A stretch of 64,000 bases of DNA from Bugula neritina. Lineage: Eukaryota; Animalia; Bryozoa. The translations under genes were made by a program, and so were the position numbers. The stretch covers positions 15,840,633 through 15,904,632 of the forward strand of contig OZ037769.1 of NCBI GenBank assembly GCA_964035545.1, in the 5' to 3' direction. Shown here piece after piece: positions 39,816 through 54,500 of the stretch. How positions within the stretch are numbered: the first letter of the stretch is position 1; each line of letters opens with the position of its first letter. The notes below the pieces were generated by a model. That model saw only the letters and a program-made list of their open reading frames with translations, did no database searches and had not been told where the DNA came from.

Positions 39816-41930
39816 TTCCTTCCTTCTTCCAGAAGCTGCAAATAAAAAATGAAAGCATTTAACTTTCTGTAATGGGCAACTTCATTCTATTATGCAATTA
39901 GAAAAGAAATCCTACAGCTTTTCTATAGTTCTCATTTTCTATGAATGAATAGAATAGCTAACAAAGAAATTGAAGTTTATTATGGTAATAACGATTAACT
40001 TTGCACCAGAGCTTTTGCTTTAGTGCAAAGTTAATCATTAATTGCGTTTGCTTTGCTTTTAAAACTCAAGGTGTTTTTTCTTTAGAATATTGTTGTAACC
40101 TTGTGTTACGTAGCAAGTTACAGTTTTTGTGGAACTAATGCTAGAACACAACTCTTTGTTTTTGAGTGAGAGAGGTGAGATATTTGTTAGCCAATGGATA
40201 TATTTATAGACCGGCTTATTATAGAACTCAAGTCTAGCTCTTTTCTATACTAAGTAGGAAAGTATGAAAGCAATTGTATAAGACTATATAGAACAGTTAT
40301 ACTCGAGTAACGCTTTAACCGAGTGAAACTGTCACTGCAAATCTTCTCATTTATATAGGAGTATCAAATAGAATTGTAGCCTAGCTCCATGCAGTTGCAA
40401 CGAGTCACTGGCCAGAGTGAAGTTAATGTTATATCCATGCACCAATGCTATCTGTCTAATTACATAATGAACTATATTTGTATCCCTAATTCGCCAGTGG
40501 GGGGGGGGGTCTTTTGAGGGGTAGCATTATATAATGTATCCCGCTATATAGGTGTGTGAGATTTACCTGTATCATATAAATTGTATATCCTTACTTTGAA
40601 GCAGTTATACCCTGTCTTTTTATTTCTTGTCTGTGAATTGTTAGTGTAAATTGTGTGCGGTAACCTTGGTTACGGGCTCTGTAAATTTATAATAATAAAT
40701 TCAATATAAGAAAAACTAATAAATAATAAAACTTTAAGTAAAGATGGCACAGTGAAAATAGCACGGGCAAAAATGACAGGTAATAATGGTAACAATGGAA
40801 AAATATATAACAATGGCACATCGATGTTGAATTCACCCAGAAGTAAACCCCCCAATCCTACACACCCAAAATTTAAACCCCAAGCTACAAATTCTCCTCA
40901 AACCCTCCTCCAAACCTGACTTGGTTAAGAGAATATAGTACTATATATAATGTTAGTACTATAAATAATGCATGTATATATAATAATAGAGTAAGTGCAA
41001 TACAGTTGTTATATTTGTCATGAAAACTAATAAACTTTTTTCATAAAAAAGACAAAGCAATGTCTCACTGTAAAAAAAATAACAAATAACAATAAACTAA
41101 TGTGAGTTATACATGTTTTATTAATATCAATTTTTGCTATTTTATGAATGCAACTTAGAATTTATGACTTAACATAGTTTTCAACATTCATAAAGAGAAA
41201 GTTAGTATAAAATTTAAAGAAATCATCAAGAAATATTCATTATTCAGTATTCAGCTGGTTGCTCATCACAAATGCTCACATTTTGGCTTACATAAATAAA
41301 TATAAGTAACTTTTTTCCAGGGTTTTTGTTTAAAAAGAATAGATATAATATAGTTGTAATTTAGCCCCTTATCACATTTGCTCTAAGACTTTGATGATAT
41401 GGCGAAATTAAATATTTTTTGAATAGCTATAGCTGGGTGGCCAAATTTCAGCTTCGGTCTCAGGTTTGGGACGTGACAGCTTTTTTCTTTCCAGTGTTAC
41501 AAATATCTGATAGAACTAGTCTATACTCAATACTCTGCACCTATTCCTCTCAAGTAGCACATAACTTAAGTTATCGTGTGTCAGTAAAAACAATAGTTTA
41601 GTGAGTTTGTAAGCTTTACATATATAAGACGATTTGGCACCCACCGTTGAGTAATGTAAAGTGTAACATAATAGATCTATCTCTTGTAATAAAGTAAACA
41701 CAATAGCTGGCCTATTGACATTCAATTCACCTTCTCTCCCTGATTCCATTATATCTTATGCCACTTGGTTTATCCTATTGTATTCATGTTCCCCATGCAT
41801 CATAATGATTAATGGTTTATTAGTATCTATCCAGTTTACAAAGGTGGGTCTATTATAGTTTACCCAAATTTCTTTTTTACTGATAAACAACAGAGTTATA
41901 TGCTCTTGTGTAGTCTACACACCTGAATGG

Positions 41931-42040
<110 letters not shown>

Positions 42041-42429
42041 AATCTGTGGACAGTAGCTGTATATATATATAAAGGACCATTCATCTATAACAGTTAGTAG
42101 AGCTTAAACTTCCCCATGGAACATGTTGTGCTATCTATTTAACAAAACACAAGCGAACACGCATATAAAAATAAATCAGTGAGTTGTGCACCTATTTAAG
42201 TGTTAAAATTACCATAAAAGCCCAAATTTTACGCAAAACATAAGAATACTTCTAGTGTTTTCTACTGCGCTATTTATAGAACCAAGATCTTTCAAAGCTA
42301 TCAAGATTGAAGACAACTCTGCTAGGCTTACATAGTAAACTTTCTTTAAGAATTAGAATAATGAACAGTGGTTTGGAGAATGTAGAAGTACAACCTATTA
42401 AAACTAATAACATAAACACATGTATCACA

Positions 42430-42625
42430 GGAGCAGCCGTGGTCTAGAGGTTAGAGTGTTTGCCTAGTAAACACAAGGTCATGGGTTCGAGCCCAGACAA
42501 AGGTCATTGGTGATGTTAGGAAGAGCATCCAGTCAAACTTGCTCCTGAACAAGTCCTTAGCTCGATTTAACAAAAACCCTCTCCATCAGGGGATTCTCAC
42601 GGGGATAGTGACTATAAACTTGTGT
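42430..42625 (+). mobile_element. tRNA-derived SINE (copy within segmental duplication)
   Basis: Near-identical to 39267-39480. Confidence 0.8.
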
Positions 42626-42931
42626 GAGTTTTTTCCGCTACCCGAAGAGGACAAAGTGGAGATAATTGAGAATATATACTGCCCAGATCTTATTACAGTT
42701 CATGTGTGGGCATATATACTGTTTATTTCAACCAACAAGACCAGATTGCTTGCAAATAAACCTGCACTAGAAACTAAAGCAATATTTCTATACTCTTTCT
42801 GCTGCAGTTGGTTATTAATAAGTAAGTTCAATTCATACCTTTTATAACAAGCTCTTGGGTTGGATCTATTAAAGCTGAGCATTGAAAGATACTATACATG
42901 CACCCATGATACATGCAGCCTAATAACTTAC

Positions 42932-42965
42932 CGATTAGAAGCGAAAATATTGTTAAAAATTTCAT
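42932..42965 (-). other. Duplicated first coding exon (signal peptide) of the Shisa-like gene, copy B
   Basis: Identical to 39782-39815 at a 3,150-bp offset, with intact ATG and GTAAGT donor. Confidence 0.7.
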
Positions 42966-45900
42966 TTCCTTCCTTCTTCCAGAAGCTGCAAATAAAAAAT
43001 GAGAGCATTTAACTTTCTGTAATGGGCAACTTCATTCTATTATGCAATTAGAAAAGAAATCCTACAGCTTTTCTATAGTTCTCATTTTCTATGAATGAAT
43101 AGAATAGCTAACAAAGAAATTGAAGTTTATTATGGTAACAACGATTAACTTTGCACCAGAGCTTTTGCTTTGGTGCAAAGTTAATCATTAATTGCTTTTG
43201 CTTTGCTTTTAAAACTCAAGGTGTTTTTTTTTAGAATATTGTTGTAACCTTGTGTTACGTAGCAAATTACAGTTTTTGTGGAACTAATGCTAGAACACAA
43301 CTCTTTGTTTTTGAGTGAGAGAGGTGAAATATTTCTCAGCCAGTAGATATATTTATAGACCGGCTTATTATAGAACTCAAGTCTAGCTCTTTTCTATACT
43401 AAGTAGGAAAGTATGAAAGCAATTGTATAAGACTATATAGAACAGTTATACTCGAGTAACGCTTTAACCGAGTGAAACTGTCACTGCAAATCTTCTCATT
43501 TATACAGGGAGATGCTTTCTTCTCATATAGGAGTATCAAATAGAATTGTAGCCTAGCTCCATGCAGTTGCAACGAGTCACTGGCCAGAGTGAAGTTATTG
43601 TTATATCCATGCACCAATGCTATCTGTCTAATTACATAATAAACTATATTTGTATCGCTAATTCACCAGTGGGGGGGGGGGTCTTTTGAGGGGTAGCATT
43701 ATATAATGTATCCCGCTATATAGTTGTGTGAGATTTACCTGTATCATATAAATTGTATATCCTTACTTTGAAGCAGTTATACCCTGTCTTTTTATTTCTT
43801 GTCTGTGAATTGTTAGTGTAAATTGTGTGCGGTAACCTTGGTTACGAGCTCTGTAAATTTATAATAATAATAAATTCAATATAAGAAAAACTAATAAATA
43901 ATAAAACTTCAAGTAAAGATGGCACAGTGAAAATAGCACGGGCAAAAATGCCAGGTAATAATGGTAACAATGGAAAAATATATAACAATGGTACATCGAT
44001 GTTGAATTCACCCAGAAGTAAACCCCCCAATCCTACACACCCAAAATTTAAACCCCAAGCTACAAATTTTCCTCAAACCCTCCTCCAAACCTGACTTGGT
44101 TAAGAGAATATAGTACTATATATAATGTTAGTACTATAAATAATGCATGTATATATAATAATAGAGTAAGTGCAATACAGTTGTTATATTTGTCATGAAA
44201 ACTAATAAACTTTTTTCATAAAAAAGACAAAGCAATGTCTCACTGTAAAAAAAATAACAAATAACAATAAACTAATGTGAGTTATATACATGTTTTATTA
44301 ATATCAATTTTTGCTATTTTATGAATGCAACTTAGAATTTATGCCTTAACATAGTTTTCAACATTCATAAAGAGAAAGTTAGTATAAAATTTAAAAAAAT
44401 CATCAAGAAATATTCATTATTCAGTATTCAGTTGGTTGCTCGATCACCACAAATGCTCACATTTTGGCTTACATAAATAAATAAAAGTAACTTTTTCCCA
44501 GGGTTTTTGTTTAAAAAGAATAGATATATAGTTGTAATTTAACCCCTTATCACATTTGCTCTAAGACTTTGATAATATGGCGAAATTAAATATTTTTTGA
44601 ATAGCTATAGCTGGGTGTCCAAATTTCAGCTTCGGTCTCAGGTTAGGGGCGTGACAAGACTTTTCCTTTCTTATGTTGCAAATATTTGATAGAACTAGGC
44701 TATACTCAATACTCTGCACCTATTCCTCTCAAGTAGCACATAACTTAAGTTATCATGTGTCAGTAAAAACAGTAATTGATTGAGTTTGTAAGATTTATAA
44801 ACAGAATGAGCTAGGCGGTTTGGACCTGTTGAGTAATGTAAAGTGGAAAATAATAGATCTTCTCCTTGTTATAAAGTATAAACGAAATAGCTGGCCTATT
44901 GAAATATTGATATTCAATTCATCTCCTTGAACCCATCATATTGTATGCCACTAGGTTTATTCATATTTCCCCATTCATCATAATGAATAATTATTTAATA
45001 GTATCTCTATCTAGTTTACAAAGATGGGTCAAACTACATTAAACTTAAAGTATAGGAGACTTCAGTTCAGCCTAGTATAGTTTATCTAACTTCTTAGTCT
45101 ACTGACAAACAAAAGAGTTGCACACAGTTGCTTGTTTACACACATAGGAATTGAATCTGTATGATTTGGTGTATCATAAATAGAAGTTGTCATTCCATGA
45201 AAGGTAAGTCTTTTCTAATATTATTATTAAGAGCTTATCTCTCATATCATTCATCAGATCTACACTGGGGTTCCATTAACTGTATCTTCACAAGCAAATG
45301 CTTACAATAAACAAACTAACTTCAAGTATAACAGACAAGTTATCACAATCATTAACATTTTAAAAGTTGATCTGTAAAAATTGTTTTAAGCTTCTGTTTA
45401 GAACTCTAAACCCGAGAAAGAATAGTGATTTTCACTAGACTATAGTTGCTGCTTTTGTGAGTCATACAGAAATACTCATGCAAAGGGTAAAAGTCCTCAA
45501 CTTTGAGTATAGCGCCATGTTAGGTCTCTACAAGAGAGAGCTTGCTATTGATGACCAAACATATAGCCTATAAGGATAGTCTATTCCAGGGATATATGCA
45601 GTGTAAAGTTGGAGTTCAGCTGTCTCTGCCAGCAGTCTGTAAAGATTCTTTGAAAGGCAGCTAAGCAATACTCTGATGCTGGCAGCCACTGTCACTGTGA
45701 ACAGCTGTATTTGTCTAGATTCTAGACTATAGAAGGAATTCGGAGATGAATTTATAAAATAATGTCAAATTTATTATACTGTTTGGTATAATTAAGTAGA
45801 CCATATGAGGTTATGCTGTGACAGACTACTTGTGGTTTTTTTTACTTATACGGCTTACTTAAGTTTTGTGTGATCTAAAGAAATTACATTATTTATACAC

Positions 45901-46063
45901 TTGTCTAATAATTTTACTGAGTGCACATGCATGAAAAGGATCACTAGTTCATGTACTAGTTATTTTTGTATCTCTCTTTGTACCTGCATTATATTTATCT
46001 TATTTACTTCTTGTAGGCGTGTGTCTGTAAAATCCGTTCACCAGAAGGTATCTAAAAGCTAAT

Positions 46064-49000
46064 ATGGCTCGTCTTCAAATAATTAAAAAGCCACAACTTG
46101 CTAAAGACAAGGGCTATGCTTGGGTTATACTCTTCTTTTCATTTCTCTCTCACTTTGCACATCTGGGATTTAGCTTTAGCACTGCTGGTAACTTGACAAT
46201 AGCTCACCAGAAGTTCTTCAATATTGACCTTCAGGAAGGAAGTCTACTGGGGACCATTCATATTGGAGTGCTTATGCTGTTTGGTAAGTTTGCTGTTTTA
46301 GCAGTACACCTAATATAGTTCTTTCAACAAGTTCACTTTGTTTTGCAACGGTTTAGTCCTCGAAGGGTATAACAAGGCTTTTTCTTAACAAACAGGCAAT
46401 TCAATGAGTGATCTTCAACTAAAACTGTGGTATGTGTTTTTGCTATTCAATTAAACTTTTTGTCATATCCAATTGTTTAGATCTTCATCTCTTTTTTTAT
46501 TGGTGTTTCAGTAAAATCCGTGTGAACTTTAATTTATTTTAATAGCGTGTACATGCAGCTGTTAAAATATCATTATTGGAATATAAAAGATATTATGCAT
46601 AAGTGCTTTTAATTTTTTTAACACAGGACCTATAGCTTCTGTGTTGGTAAAGACGTTTGGTTGCAGAGCTACACAGATATTTGGAGGAGCCTGTATCCTG
46701 GTTGGTAATGCTCTCTCAGCTTTATCTAGACAGCTGTGGCATGCTGTCATTCTGTACAGTGTTCTTGCAGGTACTTAATAAAAAAATCACTCAAGTTTAT
46801 AGTCTCCAACTCTGTGAAAAAACTCCGATGAAAAAGTTTTTGATTAAATCGGGTTAAAGATTTATTCAGATGAGGCATAGGAGCGCAATTATGATTGGAT
46901 GCCCTCCCTGAGATCACCAATGGTCTTTGTCGGGCTCGAACCCATGACTTTGTGTTTAGTATTAAGCAAACCTCTTATAGAGTTTAGACCATGGCTGTTC
47001 TTTTGTGGAGACAGTTAATGAGATGAAATGGGCTGAAATAATTGAAAACTGTTATTGAAGCTTTTTAAAACAGACTGCCTCGGGAAAATACCATACCCCT
47101 AATGATAAGAAAATTCTTTGCTTTGGTTGCCATAACTACTTACTTTACTCTGTTGTAGGTGTGGGAGTTTCCTGTACTTACACAGCTAGCTCTTCCATTC
47201 TACCACTTTACTTTGAGAGATTCAAATACATAGCTTTCGCAGTTGCTGCACTTGGAGGTTATATTGCAGTGGTAACATGGCCGCTCATTTCACAGTATTT
47301 GCTGAGCAAATTTGGTTACTCCGTTGCCATGGGGATTATGTCAACATTTAATATAATCCACTTGATTGCTGAGGTATCTTTCATTAATCCTCAACTGGAG
47401 AACAAAAGCTCCGGTAGTACACAAGTGAATATTATCTGCTAAACCTCAGTGTTAAGTTCTTGTTTAAACAATGAAAAATGCTAAGAAGTTATGTATAGCA
47501 GTAACTCTAAATATGCAAGTTTTACATGGAGCTTTTGACATAATATTTTTATGGGTATTTAGCAGCGCAATCATTATAGAAAACTTTAGAGAGCGGTCAA
47601 ATGATGTTGAAGGAAAAGTCGAAGTATCAGCTGACAGAGATACAGATGGGGGTGTTGACAGTAAAGCTGCCGAGTTTAGTGAGGTGAAACTATTTTATAA
47701 ATCACGGCAGATGGCAGATCAAATGATAAGAATTAACTGTCATTGTCTCAAATGGTTTCACATCATCAAACTTGCTAAAAACTATAAAACTGTACATTAG
47801 AAGGAAGCTGACTCAAGAGCATGCCTATTATTGTCGTTTAGATTGATGCAGCAGACATGCACTATTGAAGAGTCAAAGTCAGAATCTGTTGCTACAGAAG
47901 TACCAGAAGTGGCTGAAGCAGAAAATATACAAACTTTGCGTCAGGAGTTTAAGATTTTGTTTAAGTCACCACAGGCAAGTGCATAAATCAGCAAACTATT
48001 TTATTCATGCACTGGATGACGTATCTTTTGCTGATTTTACCAAATGCAGAACAGCTATAATTTATAACCTGTGATAAACTTGGAAGTTTCACGAGTACTT
48101 TATTCGTTACCGCGGCTGTAGATACACTTTTCCGTACCGTAGGCCTAACGTAAAATATGTCAGCCATTTTTAGTGTGTCTAAGCTGAAGTTCTCAATTAG
48201 TCTGCTATTGGGTACGATTTATGACATCTCATTGGACATTTATATTCAATAGGATGTCGCAAATGTCTCCCTATACAATATAGGAACCTGACGAAACTTT
48301 TTTTTTAACCAAGCATGGTGCAGTGCTAATTGACACTGATGTATACCACAACGCCGTACAGGAAGCTTAAGGACATTTGTAATAATGGCTGATATTTTAT
48401 GCTACGGTCTACGGTATGGCAAAGTGTGTCTAGAAGGTTAAACTGTATAATTGCAGGGATAAAAAGACTTAAAAAAATCAAGCATATTTTGAAGCAAAAA
48501 ATATATTTCTTAAAAATGATTTATAGTATAGAAGAATATGTGTATTTCTTGAATTAATTAGTTTTTAAGTACCAAAACATGAAGCCAAATTTTTAATAAA
48601 TAGTAAAACTCTGGAGAATATTACAGGTCTGGTTGTTGGCAGTGAGTTCTATATTCTGGAGCACGGCCAGCTCTGGTTACTTTGTTCTGATTAATGATTA
48701 TATTGTTAAGAACACGAATCTGAACGAGCTGGAAGCTGCCCTGGGAATAACTATAGCAGGTAGACTAATGTGACTGCAGGTGTTTCACAGTCTTGGTATA
48801 TAATATTTTGAGTAGGACACAGAAAGGCTAAACAGTTTTTTCACCCATTTAAAATTAAACCTGCAAATGAAACATTATATACTAATATATTTATTATTTT
48901 ATTGAAACATGGCAAAACAAATTTTTCAACGTTTGAATTTAGAAGAATCAAATTTGAAACTTCAACCGCTTATCTATAATCTATAAATTACCTGCAATGT

Positions 49001-50603
49001 ATAAGAATAAACAAAAAAGTTTTCTTAAATATAATAGCAATTCACATATATTATTTCATAAGTGTAAAAAAATAGAAAAAATTAGTTGAATCACAAAAAT
49101 TATGAACATTATATAACTGGTACTGATTGAAGTTGTCAGAGAAATTACTAAGAGAGCACATGTTTAAACCTGTCATACTTTGCTGCATGTGAAATATTTA
49201 ATTTATAGGAATTGGCAACATCGTAGCCTGCCTTACTTTAGCTCTCACCGGCTCACTCACACTAAACAGATTTATCCTATTTGGAAGTTCTATCTTGCTG
49301 ATGAGTGTTGGGATCTTTATTGCACCATTTGCTACCACTAAGGTGAGGGGCAGTCTTTTGAAATGTAGTCATATGAAACTTTTTATTTTCCCCACTTCAT
49401 TAAAATATATTATAGTGTTGAGTTTACCCAGTAGTCCCCGTGGTGTAATGGTTAGGGCATCTGCTTGCAAGCCGGAGGTCTCAGATTCAAATCCTAGGGT
49501 GGGCAATTATTTTATAATATAAATAAGTGCATTTACACCTATTCATATAAAAACTTTGTTTTAGCCTATAAGCTAGGGCCACACGGTGCGTATTTTCGCA
49601 TGCGAAAATTGAAATCACAAGTAGCAAAGGTGTCCACTGTAGCATCAGTAATGCGTGATAAATAAAGCTTTCATTTTTAAATCGCACTCGCCTTCAATAA
49701 AATGCAATTTACTGGAATGTAGCACAAAAATAAAGAAATTGGGCTCGCTGAATAACTATCAGCCAATTAGGTGACGACAACAGAGACGATTCGCACTTGC
49801 GTTGAGAATGCTGAGCGACAAGTGAGAATGTTTTCTCAACGCGTACAGTGGACACCTTTGCTACTTGTGATTTCAATTTTCGCATGCGAAAATACGCACC
49901 GTGTGGCCCTAGGCTTAGCAGTAAAATGACAATGAACAATATTTTGGTGTTTTTATGAACTTGTGAGTGGAATATCCAGAAAAGAATTGAGTTACAAGCC
50001 TGAGTCTGCCTTGAAGTGCGATAATAACAATATACAGAAATGTAATATGATAATTTCTCTTACACCAACGAGTCATAGCTAGTATAGAAGTTGTCTCTCC
50101 ATGTATTTATGGGCAGGGCAAGAAATGGTGAATAGCTATTTTGCATTTTGCTTTAACTATTTTAGATTATATAAATTTTATAACTGTGGAAATATTATTG
50201 CTGCAGGCAATCTACTACACTTCAACTTCACTCTACGGCTTAGGAATAGGTTTCGCTGTGACCAGTGTATTAGCAGTTATCAGTGACTTATGTTCAACTC
50301 AACAACTTCCACTGCTCTTTGGCATAGAGTCTTTTTCAAAAGGTTTGGGAGTTCTCGCTCTACTCCCTCTAGCAGGTAAGCCATGAGTTATAGATCTTAG
50401 CCTATTGATGATTTTACATGTTTTGCCATACTTTATAGTTGCATGTTATCTTTAATCAGCATTGTTACGGTGATTGTATTACAGCTTACATAGCTGAGAG
50501 CACAAAGGAGAAACACGGGCTCATATTTGTGGGTAGTTGTGGAGTTGTAGGAGCTCTGGCTATGCTGGCTATAGCTGTACTAACTGCAAGAAAGAGAAGA
50601 TAA
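46064..50603 (+). CDS. Monocarboxylate transporter (SLC16/MCT family, MFS), ~466 aa, 9 coding exons
   Basis: Exons 46064-46283, 46627-46770, 47159-47413, 47580-47683, 47852-47974, 48627-48759, 49209-49342, 50207-50375, 50485-50603. MCT motifs DKGYAWVILFFSF, GPIASVLVKTFGCR, ILPLYFERFKYIAFAVAALG, and WPLISQYLLSKFGY. Acceptors of the two central-loop exons are less certain. Confidence 0.9.
46845..47001 (-). mobile_element. tRNA-derived SINE, same family, in MCT intron 2
   Basis: GGATGCCCTCCCTGAGATCACCAATGG..GGGCTCGAACCCATGAC..TAGACCATGGCTGTTC is the reverse complement of the 39267 element head. Confidence 0.75.
48115..48438. mobile_element. Degenerate MITE with ~55-bp imperfect TIRs in MCT intron
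   Basis: TAGATACACTTTTCCGTACCGTAG..AAAATATGTCAGCCATT versus AATGGCTGATATTTT..CTACGGTATGGCAAAGTGTGTCTA. Confidence 0.65.
49434..49505 (+). pseudogene. Decayed tRNA-like sequence (tRNA pseudogene or SINE head)
   Basis: CCCGTGGTGTAATGGTTAG..CTTGCAAG..GATTCAAATCC shows cloverleaf remnants, but the acceptor and anticodon stems are mismatched. Similar decayed heads occur at ~53055-53125 and ~53280-53360. Confidence 0.55.
49576..49909. mobile_element. MITE with ~65-bp perfect TIRs, TA-flanked, in MCT intron
   Basis: GGGCCACACGGTGCGTATTTTCGCATGCGAAAATTGAAATCACAAGTAGCAAAGGTGTCCACTGTA and its exact reverse complement at the other end. Confidence 0.9.
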
Positions 50604-51517
50604 CTCTTAAAAGAACTTACATATTTTATGCACTGTACCCATAATGCACTACATGTCATTGTGTTGTAGTATATTCCAATAGTGTGAGATGCTCTAACTT
50701 TTATTTTTTATATTGTCAAATGTAAATTTCTTGTTTTGTCATCAACAAAATTAATCAACTGTACAGTTTTGCTGTGGCAGCGTTATATCTCAATATGAAG
50801 AGTATATAAGAAGCAGTTGGCTGATTAAATAGGTCATAAATTGCTAAGACTATACCAGAATTTTGACACATAATATGTACTGCAGAAAAGATATTAGACT
50901 TATTTATCTAGCAGTATATATATGTGTGTGTGTGTGTGTCTCTAACCAATAGACTTGTTAACCTGTAAACTGAAAGTCCCTTAGCATTATCTATTGACTG
51001 CAAAATGGCTATAAAGGAATTTAAAACACCATTCGCATGGCATCTCATTAAAATCTTTTAGCAATGTTTTGTGTTTATTGCTTTCTAGCTGTGCATACTA
51101 TTATATACCTACTGCTATTATAAAACAGGTTTAATCTTTTAGATTACTGATTTGCGTAAGGAATGGAATGCTTAGTTATAAAAGGTTTACCTAAAAAGTT
51201 ATATGCATACTTTTTGAGATGTATATTTTAAAACTCCGCAATACTATATATTATTATTGGTGTTTTCATTTAATAGTTCAAGGTAATTTTTATTCATGAT
51301 ATCAAAAGAATAATATATTTGCAGCTAAAATGAATAGAAAAGCTGTATCAAATATGTGCAATTCTTCCAAAGTATTGAAATAAGAAAGAATATAAATATT
51401 ATACTAGGTGCATCTGTATTATTGAGTGGATAACTCCAAAATATAATAGTGTAAAATATAATAGAGCAGTCATCTCCACTTGACACTTAATCCTCATACT
51501 ACGATATCATTTAGAAT

Positions 51518-54500
51518 TTAGATGTTGCAGTAACTGGGTATGTTGAAGATACTCGGATCTGTGATTCCTTTAGTCATGTTTCCATATTGTAGTGTCACCA
51601 GCTGTGGAACTACAAGATATAAATACATAGGAATGGAGTACTAAATGCAGATGTAGACAAACAGGAGTGATTGCAATATTTACATAAAAACCACTTGACA
51701 ATTTAGACTAATGATATTTATATAAAGATAAAACAGTGTAAACTATTGTAAATAAGGAAAGTCAAGCTATTTACACTTTCACGCATGCAGCAGCTAGAAA
51801 CTAGTGGAACCAATATATTACAGATGCTTACATTTATTTTAACTGACTGGAGAATTCATTCCCTTCTAAGGACCTTTAAGAATTAGATAAATATTCAAAG
51901 TATACAATAGAAATTCTACTCACCACCTCCTATCACATGCTCTACATTTTCAGAAATCATAACGAAGTTGTCTCTCATGACGGTGACGGTAGTCTTACTG
52001 GATCCGTTGTTGTACTGGTAGGTGTCACTCCACTGGGTACCTCCAACCAACCAGGAGGTTCTGTAAGTCAACCAGTCTGAAGGGTATAAAGGTTATGTAC
52101 AAGAGATATATACTGTATTTGAATATGTGCTACTCAAACAAACCCTTTGAATATGTAGAAGCTCTGAGCTTGTAATAGGTTACCAGTGCAGCAGCTTTAA
52201 GCAAATGATTGACAAATTTGCAAGCTGAGGGGAATTGTCTACATGTAACACGAGTTAATATATATTGATTTAATAATTATCATGTATAAGTACAGAGAAT
52301 AGAGCCCACCCCAACCCCCACAATCAAAACCTGGGAGAAACCTAACTTGAACCTAATTGACTTACACAGAGAGAAATATTAGTGTTAGAGTGAACATTAG
52401 CTGACAACTAAAACCTCTCGTTTTTTGGATCCCTAAATTGACCAGCAGTAAATAGAAATTAGTGTCAGGTACTGTTCACAGTGAATAGTATGTTAGATCA
52501 ATGTTGATATAAAGAGTTGTGAAGTTGATTCTTTGTATTTATCACAATGAGCCAAGTTATGTTCAATGGTGATCTTATATATGTTCAATGGTGAGCTTAA
52601 ATATTTTCAATGGTGATCTTATTTATGCTTAATAGTGATATTATATATGTTTAATGATGATCTTATTTCTGTTCAATGATGATCTTAGATATGCTCAATG
52701 CTGAACTAAGTTATATTCAAAGCTGAACTTATAAATGTTCCATGCTGCTCTAATTTTTGTTGGAAATAAGCTTCTGCAAAAATTATTACTGATCACTCTG
52801 AACTAACTTGTCATAACTTCTAACCAGTATGAGAGTATAGTAATGTGGATTTTATTGTATATGATAGTTGAATATAAGAAATGCAACAAAAAATAACTTC
52901 TAAAGATTAAAATAAGAAAAAAAACATGAAAATAAGCATTTGCAGAATTTTTCTACGACTGTAAATTCAGTTAACTTTTCTCAATATTAGCAGAACCTGC
53001 TAAGACCATAGTGTGTGTCATTACATTCTTGCTCTGTAGTGTAGCGATAACCAAGCAGTTGTAATGGTTAGCACACCTGTGTGCAAGTCCGAAGTCTGTG
53101 ATAGGAACCCAAGTACGGGAAGGGGGGAGGGGGAAGTTTTATAACTAATTCCAGCGGTTAGTAAAGTGTGGTAGAACTCCGAGAGGAGTTGAGTGGTCAG
53201 GGAAGCTTGAAGGAGTAGTATAAAAAAGGCAGCTGAGTTCTTGAAAAAAGGGTAAGGTGTAGTGTCGAGAGCACCCAGTGACGCTTGTAATGTAGTGGTG
53301 AGTGCGCCTGCTTGCAGGCTGAAGGTCTCTGCATGATTCAAAGTTTTGTAGCGGTCAAATTCTTTTTTGTGCTCTTATTCAGCATCTTTGAGTGCATGTT
53401 CTTAAAAAATGTTATGGGATCTACAACAAAAGATAAAAGTTGGGTAATATTTAAACTGTATTAGTATGAACAGTAAACATTTGGTTAAGATATACAATCA
53501 CAAGCAGCTTATAAATTAAGTTCAACTTTGAAGAAGCTGAAGTCTAAGGCCAAAACTAATAGTATCAATGATGTTAGCTATGAATCTTTCAGCATATTTT
53601 CAGCACCACCGTACCAATCGTTTGATTCTGAATAACCATACAGGCTTTGGCAAACTTATGATCATTATGTTGCGTAGTGTTTGGGTTAGTTTGAGCTTAT
53701 CAAAATTTAGTAAAAAAAGAATAAACTGGTAGCACGGAAGTTAATAAGAATTTTTGCCAACTCACCACTAATATTGGCATTTTGGTACTTAGCTATAAAA
53801 CAAGAAGCTAGCTTGGCAGCTGCTTAAGGCTAATAACTACTTGTAGGCTGCTAAACTGCATTATTAACAATACTTCTACAATGGGGGGGGGGAATTCAAA
53901 TTAATGAATTTAGCACAAATTGCTAGAAGGTGAAGTGGAAATAAAACGCTAAATTTTTTGAAAATATATTGTTACAGGAAAACTTGTATCAAATTGATAC
54001 AGGAATAGAGTAGTTTGGGAAATATCAGTTAATGTGGTCTCTTAAAAGTTATAGTGGCACAAATTCAATTATCTGTCTACAGCAATAGTCGTACTGTCAT
54101 TGTGATTGTGATATAAAATCAAAATGATAACGTTAAGCAAATGATTGAGCTTACCTTTTGCTGCAATGACAACTTCAGTTCCTAACTCTGAAAGAAAGTG
54201 ATCATCTTCTATCTCTGAGAGGTAGCTGCAATCTTTACCCATGTGATGAAATGATTCAATGTTTTCCATGTTGTGAGGTTGTTTGAAAGCACAAATTCAC
54301 TGAATCTCAAAGCACAACCTCTTAGTCTGAGCCTCTGGTGTTCACTATGCTGGCAGAATATTTCTTCTGTCAATAGCCATGAATGAAAACTATGTGCTGT
54401 TATGTAATAACCTTTGTTTTGCTCTGTCACTGTTTGGTAAGCCAGTTTCTTGCCTTTGAATTACAATTTAAATATTTCCTTACTATAGCTCTGTTATGCA

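Noticed and set aside
39384-40855. Paired ORFs conserved between 39-41 kb and 42-44 kb as real genes
   Set aside because: Similarity is due to the recent segmental duplication. They overlap a SINE, differ by frameshifting indels and have no recognisable domains.
49434-49505. Functional tRNA gene
   Set aside because: Acceptor and anticodon stems are mismatched, the T-loop is altered, and similar decayed copies at 53.05-53.36 kb indicate SINE or pseudogene origin.
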